A stretch of 64,000 nucleotides of DNA from an uncultured Dialister sp. (GTDB taxonomy: Bacteria > Bacillota > Negativicutes > Veillonellales > Dialisteraceae): the NCBI GenBank assembly GCA_900543455.1, contig UQRR01000002.1, positions 7,228-71,227 of the forward strand, read 5' to 3'. The position numbers and the translations under genes were made by a program. Shown in pieces: positions 31,231 to 40,976 of this stretch. Numbering within the stretch: position 1 is the first letter of the stretch; each line of letters starts with the position of its first letter. The notes beneath the pieces were generated by a model. It had not been told where the DNA came from. It was given only the letters and a program-made list of their open reading frames with translations, and searched no databases.

Positions 31231-32349
31231 TTAAGCGCCCTGCTTGATGACAGTGAAGGCGGCGGTATAGGTGTTGATGTCGGTGAATCTGCAGATAGCA
31301 CGGACAAGTACGGAGTTGTTGCGGAAGCCTGCAGATTCATCTGCCGCTACTTCCAGTTCCGGGTAAGCGATATGGTACATCGCGCGGAAATCGCCAACCA
31401 ATACCGTGTTGTCACCCAGTTCATCATTTTCCACAACGATGACCGGACGACCTTCGAGCTGGCGGATGGTGCTGCCGTTCGCGTCTCTGGTGAGCAGGTA
31501 GCGGTCTTCTTTGTCAGAGACTACGGCCATAGCAGCGAAGGTCTTCTGATTCATGACGATGGTCGCATTAGCTCCCGCATCCAGCGGCAGGGAAATAACC
31601 GCAGCCTTAATCGCATCCAGTCCTTCTTTGGACGCTACCGCGGTAACAGTTTTAGCGGTGGCGTCAACAGCTGCCTTTGCGGCGGAAAGGATTTCTTTAT
31701 TAACAGCCTTCACATAAACGCGATTAAACAGTTTCCCGATCACCGTCATGACATCGGTCTTTGCGTCCATCAACAGTTCGCGGGACACAGGAATGATAGC
31801 GCCCTTAGATGCCAGGTTGAACTTGGTGGAGGTGAATACGGCCTTCGTCTCCGCGATCGCGTTGTTTTCGTCGAAATCGGTCAACGTTACAGTCTGAGAG
31901 TAGTCGATGATCGGAACGGAGCCGGAACGGGTACCCACAGAGATAGCAGTGGTCAGGGAGCGAAGGTCGTTATTGATACCGTTATTTTCCTTCAGGTCGA
32001 GGAGTTCAGATGGGATCAGCACGCCGCCGTCTGCGTCTACGGCCCCGTTCTGACCAGTAGCTGTATTGAAAAATTTCGCGGTATCTTCATTCTTAATACC
32101 GAGAAGGTAAGACTTCAGTGCTGCATTAAAAGATTTCTTGTCCATGTTGTTTTCTCCTTTGTTTTTGGAATTCTTCGCGGCCGCTTCTGCTTCGAGCTGC
32201 TTTTCATAATCAGACAGTGCGTCCTGCAGCTTATTCTGCATTTCAACCGGCACAGCCTCTTTCTGATCGATCAGTGCCTGGATCTTTTCCCTCAGAGACT
32301 TGATCTCTGCTTTCATTTCAAGACTTTTTAACATTCGATGTTCCTCCAT
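31231..32349 (-). CDS. HK97-family major capsid protein with N-terminal coiled-coil delta/scaffold region
   Basis: 372 aa. N-terminal KAEIKSLREKIQALIDQKEAV coiled coil, then an HK97-fold capsid body. Confidence 0.8.
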   Translation of the reverse strand: MEEHRMLKSLEMKAEIKSLREKIQALIDQKEAVPVEMQNKLQDALSDYEKQLEAEAAAKNSKNKGENNMDKKSFNAALKSYLLGIKNEDTAKFFNTATGQNGAVDADGGVLIPSELLDLKENNGINNDLRSLTTAISVGTRSGSVPIIDYSQTVTLTDFDENNAIAETKAVFTSTKFNLASKGAIIPVSRELLMDAKTDVMTVIGKLFNRVYVKAVNKEILSAAKAAVDATAKTVTAVASKEGLDAIKAAVISLPLDAGANATIVMNQKTFAAMAVVSDKEDRYLLTRDANGSTIRQLEGRPVIVVENDELGDNTVLVGDFRAMYHIAYPELEVAADESAGFRNNSVLVRAICRFTDINTYTAAFTVIKQGA

Positions 32350-32577
32350 CTAAAATAGCGAGCCAGTACGCCTCGGTCTCTTCGTCCAAATGGTCGGGCG
32401 GCTTCGCGCGTTGCGCCATATTCCTATGAGCAGTGAGCTGTTTATAGCTCGGCGCCTTATTGCCGTAGGCCGCTCGGTAAGCAGGCTTTCGCCCAGTTCC
32501 TTTTCCAGATTGAAATACTTTTGACGGTAAATCGTACCTTGTACTCTTTCCCACCAATCTTCATCTTTTCATCAGCT

Positions 32578-33816
32578 TCAAGAATCATCAGTCTTTCCTT
32601 CTCCTCCCTCGTTTGTTGCACTGTCCCCGAGAAGCCCAGTCCCGCCGCGCTGGCTCAATTTGTCCGCCGCCGGATCGTCACTTTCAGGATAGCTCAAAGA
32701 AATGCGGGCTTCATTTGGCGTCAAGATGCCCGCGCCCGTATAAGCGCAGAGCACGCTAGCCTTTGCACCCGCATCTAAGAAATCAAACACGTTATTGCAG
32801 ATATCAAACCGGAAGCCTTTCTGCCTCTGGCGACGCGTCAAAAGCTTGATAGTCAGCTCCAGCGCATACTGGTTTACGATCGGTGCAATCGTATTATTAT
32901 AAAAAGACGTCATCTGCGTAGTAGAAAACGTTGCAGTCCCTGCCCCACCTACCACGTTCAGCATGAAAAGCGGAATGCCAAAAAAACTACTGATTTCCTG
33001 CGTGTTGATGGTCTTCAGCGTATCGAAATAGTCCTTGATATTATTTGAGATGTTCGAAGCGCTCATTCCGGCGGGCAGAGGCAGGATCGTGCTATCTGTA
33101 TTCGACAACAGCTCTTTCACCTGTTTCTGCAGTACCTTCTGTTTGGATACGGAAAGGTCGGAAGTATATGAGAGCACGATGGTCCCGCTAAATCCATTTT
33201 CCACGCTGGTCCGCAGCGCGCTTTCGACTTCGGCATTTCCATCTAGTGTACTGCGGATCACTTCTAGGGCGCTTCGTCCCACAAGGCCGTTAGCCGAGTA
33301 GGCTTTCACGTGCAGCATCTCTTCGGGCAGAATCGTGTAAGTCCTGCTAGTCACTGGATCCGTGTATTCGTAAACAATGCGCCTTGCCCCATCAAGGATG
33401 TTTGCATCATCCCAATACATGCGAACTCGCGCCGCATCCAATGGCACCAGCGCCGTCAGCGCGCCGAGAGCGTCGCAGCAGATATAAGCGAAGGCGTTCC
33501 CGCACCCGAGCCGCTGCTTCTCCATGTACTCCCAGAAGGAATAGGCATTGATACCGGGATACGGCTGCAGGTTCAAGACTTCCTCGAATTCTGCCATCAG
33601 TCGGGTGATTTCCTGATGGTCTTTCCCGTACAATCCCCATCGAGTTTGTGCGATCTGCCGGGCAAGTGTCTCTATGCATGTCGAATACACGGCATCGCCA
33701 TTCGCATCTACTGTTACACGACGACCGCGTCCGATGGGAATCACGCTCGCACTTGGGCCGTCCCGTTTCCTGTTCGCGGCGAAGCCGTTAAAATACGCCT
33801 TGATTCGGTTGAACAT
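32578..33816 (-). CDS. phage portal protein
   Basis: 412 aa. Portal motif ...EISSFFGIPLFMLNV and an acidic C-terminal tail. Confidence 0.7.
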   Translation of the reverse strand: MFNRIKAYFNGFAANRKRDGPSASVIPIGRGRRVTVDANGDAVYSTCIETLARQIAQTRWGLYGKDHQEITRLMAEFEEVLNLQPYPGINAYSFWEYMEKQRLGCGNAFAYICCDALGALTALVPLDAARVRMYWDDANILDGARRIVYEYTDPVTSRTYTILPEEMLHVKAYSANGLVGRSALEVIRSTLDGNAEVESALRTSVENGFSGTIVLSYTSDLSVSKQKVLQKQVKELLSNTDSTILPLPAGMSASNISNNIKDYFDTLKTINTQEISSFFGIPLFMLNVVGGAGTATFSTTQMTSFYNNTIAPIVNQYALELTIKLLTRRQRQKGFRFDICNNVFDFLDAGAKASVLCAYTGAGILTPNEARISLSYPESDDPAADKLSQRGGTGLLGDSATNEGGEGKTDDS

Positions 33817-33820
33817 GACA

Positions 33821-34447
33821 CTACACTCCTTTCGCCTGTTCCATCAACGCTTGCAAGTTTTCAGGCACGGTATACACGTTCTTACTCCGCAGGTCTTCTA
33901 CCTGCTTTTTCAATTCGCGGTTTTCTTGTACAAGGTTCACCAGCGGAGCCTCCGCTGCCATGCCGTCTTTTCTCTTGGTGGCCACCAGAGAGACGTGGTC
34001 AAAGGTGGCAGCGGCTTCCTCCCCGGTCAGATACACATCACCTTTTTCGATCGCGTCAAAGATATCCCCATTGTCACAATGTTCGTCGATGATGTTATGC
34101 ATCACTTTATCGATAGCCTCCATGCCATCCGCATCGCTACGAAGCTGAGTTTTAGATCCGATAGAAATCGTCCAGCAGTTGTGCAGCATGAGCAAGCTGT
34201 TCTTGTCAATTTCGACCGCATCACACGCAAGAGCAATGATAGCCGCCGCGGATGCCGCAAGAAATCCGACACGCGCCGTCACCTTGCACTTCGCGTTTGC
34301 GATGCAGTGCGCTGTTTCCAGTCCCTCGAAAGCATCGCCTCCCGGAGAATCAATATGCAGCACCACATCCTCTGCGGCGTTTTCAATTCGCTCCCGAAAG
34401 GTCGACAGATCGTAAATTGTACCAGTAATAAATAAGTCCATCATCAT
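33821..34447 (-). CDS. ClpP-family (S14) prohead serine protease
   Basis: ...LHIDSPGGDAFEG...AASAAAII...MLHNCW has ClpP-like catalytic residues. Confidence 0.7.
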   Translation of the reverse strand: MMMDLFITGTIYDLSTFRERIENAAEDVVLHIDSPGGDAFEGLETAHCIANAKCKVTARVGFLAASAAAIIALACDAVEIDKNSLLMLHNCWTISIGSKTQLRSDADGMEAIDKVMHNIIDEHCDNGDIFDAIEKGDVYLTGEEAAATFDHVSLVATKRKDGMAAEAPLVNLVQENRELKKQVEDLRSKNVYTVPENLQALMEQAKGV

Positions 34448-34740
34448 TCCTCTTTCCTGTACATTTGAAGCTGCGTCAGCATCGCTCGCGCCGTGTAATC
34501 CATCGTTACCACGCCGGTAACCATACCCTCGCGCCGATCATACACACTCGGCATCCACTGGGTCAGTACCCACATATCGCATTTAGCGGAAAACACGGAA
34601 TCTTTGGCATAGATTTCATCAAAGTCATCCACCGCATCACGGATATAGGAATAGCCCTGACTAATGGCACTCGCGATATATCCGTCATCTTCTTTGTAAG
34701 GGATACGCAGGTAGTCTTTTGTCTGGTTTATACTAAGCAT
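34444..34740 (-). CDS. gp6-like head-tail connector protein
   Basis: 98 aa. LSINQTKDYLRIPYKEDDGYIASAI... is the pattern of the gp6-like connector family. Confidence 0.5.
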   Translation of the reverse strand: MLSINQTKDYLRIPYKEDDGYIASAISQGYSYIRDAVDDFDEIYAKDSVFSAKCDMWVLTQWMPSVYDRREGMVTGVVTMDYTARAMLTQLQMYRKEE

Positions 34741-36598
34741 TCGTACCTCCCACCTCTCTCATCCATTCATCGACCATCTCATCGCCCGTAGGCAGGTCAC
34801 TATTGAAATCAATATACGGAGCGATAAATCCAGTGATCGCAGCATCTACGGGGTCGATACGGATATTGCTGTCAGCCCGAAGACTGACCTTTTCCACGGA
34901 ATAGAACCCGGATGGATTCCTAACGAGAAGAGAGTTGGTCACCGCTTTCTCGAATATGTCTTCATGCCCGCGATGGTAAGCGAGCACCCCATCTTTCAGA
35001 TATTGCCCGAAGGCTTCGATATATTGGCTAAGCGCCTTTGGACTTTGATTCTGCAGTATGAAGGTATCACACACAGACTCCAGCCGATCCTGAATCCCCG
35101 CCACGTTATACGGGTCCGACGCAATGGTCACGAAGTGAAGCCCATTCTTTTCCCGCAGAGTATCCAGCTGCTCGAAGATCTGCGGAGTATCGATATTGTC
35201 GCCGCCTGCCCCGTTGCATAAAAAAAGCTCAGTCCCGACATAATCGGTGTAACTGAACTTGTCTTTCTCTATATGCGCCTGCAGTTTGTTCTCTGGCATC
35301 CACGACATGACATGCATGAACAACCGATGCCGCGCCGCCGGACTGTTTTTCTTCAGCAGCTTGCCCGTCTTGCTTTCGCCAACGAAGCAGAGAAGCACAA
35401 CGCTGGAAAGGTCAAGCGTCTGAGATAAGTCGACACCCAAGTACCAATCTATATACCCCTTAGTTATTACATCTTCCATGCCGTAATCCACGCCGCAATC
35501 TTTTAGCTGATCATAGGAACACAGGCTCCGGTCCTCGGCAGAATACCAGGCATTACATTGTTTCGTCACGAAGGACTGGAGGGCGAATCCTTTTTCCGTG
35601 CACGCCGCACGCGCCTTTTGCGCATACTTTTCTTTAATATGCTTCTTTACCGTAAACCCGTCTGCCTCAAACAACAATACCGGGTTCGCCTTCCCCCATG
35701 TGGTAATCTGCCCGAATTCTTTCGCCTGCAGCTCCTCCTGATTCGGTTCCGCTAGAAATAGAAACACGTTGTCAGGCAGCGCATCCTCGTAGAGCATTTT
35801 CCGAAGCGTCAGCCATTTCTTATGGTTGTCACTTCCCACGGAAAACTGCGCCGTCGACATGGTCACCAGCAGGGAGTCCTTAAAATGTGCCTGCCCATCT
35901 TGGATGGTCTTCGGGATAATTTCATCACAAAGCATCTCTTCATCAATGACCGCTACTTTGTTGGTATAGCCGTCGAGGGAATTCTTCGCACCCCCGCCGG
36001 TACGGAACATGTCAAGCCGGTTGCCAGTGTTCTTATTTTTCGCCCAGCAGGCCGTCTTATTGACATTGCTGAACGTCTCGGCAAGATACGGGTCGTTTTC
36101 AATAAACTTCGTGAACTCATTGAAGCAGATGGTCGCGTTCTGCCCTTTGCACGACGCTAGTACAATCAATTCATTCCGGAATTTACTCATCCCCATCAGG
36201 TAATGAAGCACACCGGATAAGAGAAAAGATTTACCATTACGCCGCGCCATGTACAGGTTCGCCGTATTGACCACGTAACCACCATCAGGGGTCCTCAACC
36301 CGAATACGCCACACATGATGAATTTTTGCACCGGATATAACTCTAAATGCCGGGGCTTTCCATCTTCATCAATATAAATCAGCATATGCAAGAACTGGAA
36401 TAAGCGCCGCATAGCTTTGCCGGCGAACTGATACCTGCCACTGGCGTACATGTCCAGGAAGCGGGCGAAGCAACGAAATTCAGATTCACCCAAGAGATCC
36501 ATATCCGCTCTTTTAACTAGAGCTTTATAGTAATCACCGATGAATTCAGACAGTTCATGGGGGATGTGCAGATGTTTCACTGCGTCTTCTATATTCAT
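34733..36598 (-). CDS. terminase large subunit
   Basis: About 620 aa with an ATPase Walker region (...MARRNGKSFLL...) and a C-terminal nuclease domain. The start is placed at MNIEDAV; the frame is open to 36703. Confidence 0.85.
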   Translation of the reverse strand: MNIEDAVKHLHIPHELSEFIGDYYKALVKRADMDLLGESEFRCFARFLDMYASGRYQFAGKAMRRLFQFLHMLIYIDEDGKPRHLELYPVQKFIMCGVFGLRTPDGGYVVNTANLYMARRNGKSFLLSGVLHYLMGMSKFRNELIVLASCKGQNATICFNEFTKFIENDPYLAETFSNVNKTACWAKNKNTGNRLDMFRTGGGAKNSLDGYTNKVAVIDEEMLCDEIIPKTIQDGQAHFKDSLLVTMSTAQFSVGSDNHKKWLTLRKMLYEDALPDNVFLFLAEPNQEELQAKEFGQITTWGKANPVLLFEADGFTVKKHIKEKYAQKARAACTEKGFALQSFVTKQCNAWYSAEDRSLCSYDQLKDCGVDYGMEDVITKGYIDWYLGVDLSQTLDLSSVVLLCFVGESKTGKLLKKNSPAARHRLFMHVMSWMPENKLQAHIEKDKFSYTDYVGTELFLCNGAGGDNIDTPQIFEQLDTLREKNGLHFVTIASDPYNVAGIQDRLESVCDTFILQNQSPKALSQYIEAFGQYLKDGVLAYHRGHEDIFEKAVTNSLLVRNPSGFYSVEKVSLRADSNIRIDPVDAAITGFIAPYIDFNSDLPTGDEMVDEWMREVGGTNA

Positions 36599-37016
36599 GG
36601 CTAAACCTTTCTTCGTACACCTCTTTTCCCTTCTGAATACGGACGAGCGCTTCATTGCGACGCCCGTTGTTATACCAGACATGGATCTCTTCGTGACTGG
36701 CATGTCCTACCGGGATCAAATTGTCCTCATCAAAAAATCGATCCGGAGCGGCGTCTCTTTCAGCAATATGATGAACGTATGCCGGATTACACTTTTTCCA
36801 GATACCGATACCTAGAAGCCACACGTCATAGCCTGAATACTTCAGTATCACAGCCTTGCGGCACCGCTGCCAAACGCGGGAATGATAGCGTCTTGTACTC
36901 TCATTCATACACAGACGCCTCTTCTGGTAAGCCGCAGCCATTTTGGCCCTGCATACGGGGCATTCTTTCCCAGTGAATAACTGGTGACAGTTACTACACC
37001 GCTTAAAAGTCGCCAT
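36555..37016 (-). CDS. HNH endonuclease (terminase-associated)
   Basis: CSNCHQ...CPVC zinc ribbon and HH..ERD...N HNH motif. Adjacent to terS and terL. Confidence 0.65.
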   Translation of the reverse strand: MATFKRCSNCHQLFTGKECPVCRAKMAAAYQKRRLCMNESTRRYHSRVWQRCRKAVILKYSGYDVWLLGIGIWKKCNPAYVHHIAERDAAPDRFFDEDNLIPVGHASHEEIHVWYNNGRRNEALVRIQKGKEVYEERFSHEYRRRSETSAHPP

Positions 37017-37347
37017 CTTTCTCCGCCTCATTCAGAATCCGGGTATATGGGTTACCATAATCCGCAAGCTCATCCTTGATTTCACTGAACCGCAGTACCT
37101 TGTACAGATTCAGCGCAATTTTGTTATATTCCTTGTATAGGATAATTTTATTTTTCAATGCGGTGATTTTGACATCATCCTGCGCAGCTGCTATCTCTTG
37201 GCTGATTTCTTCGGACATCACCATAAAACGGCAATATTGAAGGATCAGCTCCCGGTTAATTTGGGTGACAGAACTGCATTTATGATTCAACGTCCAAATG
37301 TAGTCATTTAGCGCCTTAATCGCCCTATTTCTCTTAATGTTTGCCAT
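37003..37347 (-). CDS. terminase small subunit (P27 family)
   Basis: 114 aa. MANIKRNRAIKALNDYI... is the P27-family pattern. Located upstream of HNH and terL. Confidence 0.65.
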   Translation of the reverse strand: MANIKRNRAIKALNDYIWTLNHKCSSVTQINRELILQYCRFMVMSEEISQEIAAAQDDVKITALKNKIILYKEYNKIALNLYKVLRFSEIKDELADYGNPYTRILNEAEKDGDF

Positions 37348-37480
37348 TTTACCTTAATTTTCTACCAATGATGAGAAAAAAAGAAAACTCCCCCACCGAT
37401 ACGACGCAAGACAGGCCAAAATTTTCAAACATACCCCCGCCTTGCCAATGAAAAAGCCATCCGATTTCTCGGACAGCTTT

Positions 37481-37867
37481 TTACTTTTCTAATGCGCGTC
37501 GTATCAACGCTTTATATTTCACGGCATCAAGCATAGTCTTGAAGCAATTATGCATTCGGGCATTCTGCTCGTCCATTTTGTTCCCCTGATAAATCGCATG
37601 TCTGGCTTCTATCTGCCCCGTTTCCCCATTAAGGACTAAATAGTGATAGAAATCTCCCTTTTGCGGGGTGAATGTGTATTGATTGACTGCGGTATCATCT
37701 TCAAGCATCATCCCGATGCACATAGGCGCAGGCTCTGGGGTTCGGGTATAGAGCTCGCCGGCGCGGACCACATACTCATGCCCGTTCAGCGAGAACCATT
37801 CACCTTCCCTGGCGCCCTTCAGTTTTATCAGCGCCATCAAGCATTTCTTTTCTGCCCAGCTATTCAT
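37481..37867 (-). CDS. phage hypothetical protein
   Basis: 128-aa ORF. Confidence 0.35.
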   Translation of the reverse strand: MNSWAEKKCLMALIKLKGAREGEWFSLNGHEYVVRAGELYTRTPEPAPMCIGMMLEDDTAVNQYTFTPQKGDFYHYLVLNGETGQIEARHAIYQGNKMDEQNARMHNCFKTMLDAVKYKALIRRALEK

Positions 37868-38087
37868 AGTTAGCCTCCTATTTTTAATCAGGTATCCTGC
37901 CCTATTATACTACAGGCTGCCACGCAAAAGAGCGCCTCTCACGAGACGCTCTTCTACGGCAATTCCTAAATATGAAAGGAGGCCAAGCATGGAAACGATA
38001 GCACAGATCGACTTATTGGGAATTTCTCCCCTGTGCGATTTCCCTTTTACTATTATATCATCATTCGATGTAAACTCATGTAAACTG

Positions 38088-38519
38088 TCAAGAGGTATTT
38101 TGAGAAATCATACGGATAGCGCGGTCTCGCATGCGAGTCAGCCATTGCCTGGTGAATCCGCGTTTCTCCTCGATCTCTCGCCATGACATACCGGCCAGAT
38201 ATCTATCATAAAGTATCGTTTTCGCCTTCGTATCACGACACAGGGCAAGCAATTCATACGCTTTCTTTCTCATGCTGGTGAGGATGTCCATGCATTCCAG
38301 CAGGCGCTTGTCCAGCTTGTCGCATCGTTCGATGATCCGCTCCAGTATTTGAGACAAGTCAGAGTTCACCGTGCCAGTGATTTTCGGTTTATCGTACTGC
38401 ACCGCCTTCACGGCGGCGATGTCATTTGCCACATGTTCCCTTTCCTGTATCAGATCATAGAGCTCCTGCCGCTGACTGCGCAGCTTCTCGAAGAAATCAC
38501 GCACCTCTTCCTCCGTCAT
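38088..38519 (-). CDS. ArpU-like / sigma-70 region-4-type phage late transcriptional regulator
   Basis: 143 aa. C-terminal HTH LAGMSWREIEEKRGFTRQWLTRMRDRAIRMI. Lies upstream of the packaging genes. Confidence 0.5.
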   Translation of the reverse strand: MTEEEVRDFFEKLRSQRQELYDLIQEREHVANDIAAVKAVQYDKPKITGTVNSDLSQILERIIERCDKLDKRLLECMDILTSMRKKAYELLALCRDTKAKTILYDRYLAGMSWREIEEKRGFTRQWLTRMRDRAIRMISQNTS

Positions 38520-39004
38520 CCTTGTTTCTCCTTTTTCTCACGCCGGTGCGCCTCCTGCCAATACCGCTTCTGACAGCCTATGCTGCAGTACTTCTGCTTT
38601 GCGGTGCTCGGCTGAAACAGATGACCACACTCGACGCAGAGCCTTGGCTTGTATGTCTTCCGGCAAAGTGCCTGCCCTTTCCTCTGTTTTCGCTCAAGCG
38701 CGTGTTTCTTCTTCTCTGCCGTGTCGCTTGCTTCGTAGTACTTCAAGAGGATAACCGCTCCCGGATAGTCGTCTGCCTCCCACCCGCGGTCAGAAAGCTG
38801 ACGCGCCTTCGTCCAGAAGGCAGCGCTTGCCATCCACTCCAGATCGAAGTGCTCTCGTTCGCTGGGCATGATCCCGATATGTCCACGGGCGTCGCTCTCG
38901 ATCACCATGAAAAGGTAACCATTTGTAAGCATACCAGGCCTCAGGGTATCCTTCGCCAGCAGAAGCTCGATCGTGCGAGTGCCTTTTCGGAAATAGAGGA
39001 TCAT
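38516..39004 (-). CDS. phage hypothetical protein with a C-terminal CxxC...CxxC zinc ribbon
   Basis: 162-aa ORF. Confidence 0.35.
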   Translation of the reverse strand: MILYFRKGTRTIELLLAKDTLRPGMLTNGYLFMVIESDARGHIGIMPSEREHFDLEWMASAAFWTKARQLSDRGWEADDYPGAVILLKYYEASDTAEKKKHALERKQRKGQALCRKTYKPRLCVECGHLFQPSTAKQKYCSIGCQKRYWQEAHRREKKEKQG

Positions 39005-39426
39005 ACTTTAAGCGCCTCTTTTCTCCCTGATGTTGGTGAACAGTCGCTGGGTCGCTTAAACCGCACCCCAGCTTCCTCGAATAAACATTGCCTCAGCTCC
39101 GCCGGTGTTACAAACCCTTTCTCTACGGTGTCGTAAAGTTCGAGACACATCTCTGCAAACCGTTCTTCTCGGCCGTCTTTTTTCATGAGCTCGCCGAAGT
39201 GGTCATGGATCACCATCACCGGGATCGCGATCAGTTCTTCAAACAGCCTTGATACCGCTTCATTTTTTGCATGTGCCGCTAATTTTTCTGCTTCTTTTTT
39301 GACTGCCTGCGAGCACAAGTCTTTTAGATACTCCGGCTTGACCGTGAGTGTAGCGTTTTTATTCTTTTGACGCTCGATCTTCCTGCGCACCTGTCTGCTG
39401 AGCAGGGATCCGGTTGTGTCGATCAT
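39001..39426 (-). CDS. phage hypothetical protein
   Basis: ORF open to 39531. Start is uncertain. Confidence 0.3.
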   Translation of the reverse strand: MIDTTGSLLSRQVRRKIERQKNKNATLTVKPEYLKDLCSQAVKKEAEKLAAHAKNEAVSRLFEELIAIPVMVIHDHFGELMKKDGREERFAEMCLELYDTVEKGFVTPAELRQCLFEEAGVRFKRPSDCSPTSGRKEALKV

Positions 39427-39461
39427 GCTTAGCCCCTCCTTGTTAATAATACCCGGTTGCA

Positions 39462-39878
39462 TTATCCGTTTGAATGGACGTACACCCACAGCCCCGGCAA
39501 ATTGTTTTTGGCTGTATAGAATTTTTTGCACTGAGTCAGAACTACTTGCTTGTCGTCCTCATAGGCGATGCCGTTCAGTCCGTCGAGTACGACTTTCAAG
39601 ATGTTGTCAATGTCCGGCTTTCCCGGCGGAAGTTTCCCCGCCAGCGCCTCTGCCTTCTTTGCCCGCGGCCATGACTTCGGGATCGGAAAGACCGCCTCGA
39701 TCACGACTGTCACAGCCCCCTCGAAACAGGGACCGTCCTGTGCTTCGTAAGCCTCCTTGATCTGCCGTTCATAAGACTTTGTTCTGCCCGGCGTGTAGAC
39801 AGTCCCGCTTTTCGAAGAGAACCGCGGTCTTGCTTTGCCCTGTACCTTTCCCGGTACGAAGAAATATACCATACTCAT
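39462..39878 (-). CDS. rusA: RusA-family Holliday junction resolvase
   Basis: MSMVYFFVPGKVQGKARPRF... is the RusA signature. Confidence 0.7.
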   Translation of the reverse strand: MSMVYFFVPGKVQGKARPRFSSKSGTVYTPGRTKSYERQIKEAYEAQDGPCFEGAVTVVIEAVFPIPKSWPRAKKAEALAGKLPPGKPDIDNILKVVLDGLNGIAYEDDKQVVLTQCKKFYTAKNNLPGLWVYVHSNG

Positions 39879-39975
39879 CGCTTCCTCCTGAGCATCCATT
39901 CGAGGGTAAGAAGGATGGCAGCAGTCGCTACCAGCGAGCCCGTCAGCACACCAACGAAGAACCACACCGTACTAC

Positions 39976-40200
39976 TCATGAGATTCTCTCCTCCCTTTTC
40001 TGCCTTCGAGCCTCCCGCGCTGCCATAGCATCCACCTCTGTCTTTAAGACCATCAGGCCGCGTGCCACTTCCCGCTGGTCGTCCTGCAGATCAGCGATGG
40101 CCAGCCAAAGATCCCCGATCTTCCCGAAGAGGAAAGCAATCGTCACCAGCAGCATCATTCCAACGATGCAGATGAAGAGCAGGACTTCCCACTCAGTCAT
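39976..40200 (-). CDS. small phage membrane protein
   Basis: 74 aa with one TM segment, then a charged tail. Confidence 0.3.
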   Translation of the reverse strand: MTEWEVLLFICIVGMMLLVTIAFLFGKIGDLWLAIADLQDDQREVARGLMVLKTEVDAMAAREARRQKREERIS

Positions 40201-40480
40201 GAGACCCCTCCATGTATCTATTCAGCACCTCTCTCATACGGATGACGTAGTGAGGGAATTCGTCCATATAGAGCAAGCTATTCATCTGCTCATACATCGC
40301 TTCGAGCATCTGCCCCAAGTCTTCCTTCGAATAATCAAATACAGTCAGCTTTACAGCTTTCACTCGATCCGTACTGGACAGATCCGCGTAGATATGCAGA
40401 TGTCCATCCAGATCCTTGTCGATATAGATTTCTTTCGGGTCCGTGACAATAGCCCCATCTTCTGTCTGAATAATAATCAT
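40193..40480 (-). CDS. phage hypothetical protein
   Basis: ORF open to 40588. Start is uncertain. Confidence 0.3.
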   Translation of the reverse strand: MIIIQTEDGAIVTDPKEIYIDKDLDGHLHIYADLSSTDRVKAVKLTVFDYSKEDLGQMLEAMYEQMNSLLYMDEFPHYVIRMREVLNRYMEGSHD

Positions 40481-40719
40481 GATTCCTCCACTGTATAACC
40501 GTGAAACTCCATCCAATACTGATTGACTTCTCGCATTTTCATCAAAGCCTCTGCCTCGCTCTTGCACAGGAAGTCTTTGTTCGTCCATTTATCATCCTTC
40601 TCGTGGTAGTGATGCACCTGCAGCAATACTTTTTTCTTCGGCGTCCGCCCTGTCTGGTCCGTATAGCTCCGGATCGTCAGTTCGATGCGGTCAGCGCCTT
40701 TCACAAGATGGCTTCGCAT
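40477..40719 (-). CDS. phage hypothetical protein
   Basis: 80-aa ORF. Confidence 0.3.
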   Translation of the reverse strand: MRSHLVKGADRIELTIRSYTDQTGRTPKKKVLLQVHHYHEKDDKWTNKDFLCKSEAEALMKMREVNQYWMEFHGYTVEES

Positions 40720-40976
40720 GACTTACCTCCTTCCTAAAATACAGATCTGTATTTTTCTGACTTTTTCTGACTGCTTGTAAATCAGTTGGTTTGCTATCAT
40801 AAAAAGATATGTCTAAATCCCGAAAACTCTTTTTACGGTGAGTGAAGGGGTGGAAGGGGTGGGTGTGTATGTTAAGGAACACCCACCCTTACACCCCCAT
40901 TCACCGCGTGAGATTAAACGTGGAAAATATATCTATATTTCTTATATAGAGTTTTCCACGTTTATTTCCACTTTTA

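Noticed and set aside
31050-31340. 96-aa minus-strand ORF overlapping the 3' end of the capsid gene
   Set aside because: Mostly overlaps the major capsid gene in another frame. Only about 170 nt are free, which is insufficient for a typical connector gene. Possibly a short real ORF (MAPERDELGG...), but unsupported.
32318-32557. 79-aa basic ORF between portal and capsid genes
   Set aside because: Plausible small scaffold or decoration-like gene, but it overlaps the capsid gene start and has no recognisable motif. Left unannotated.
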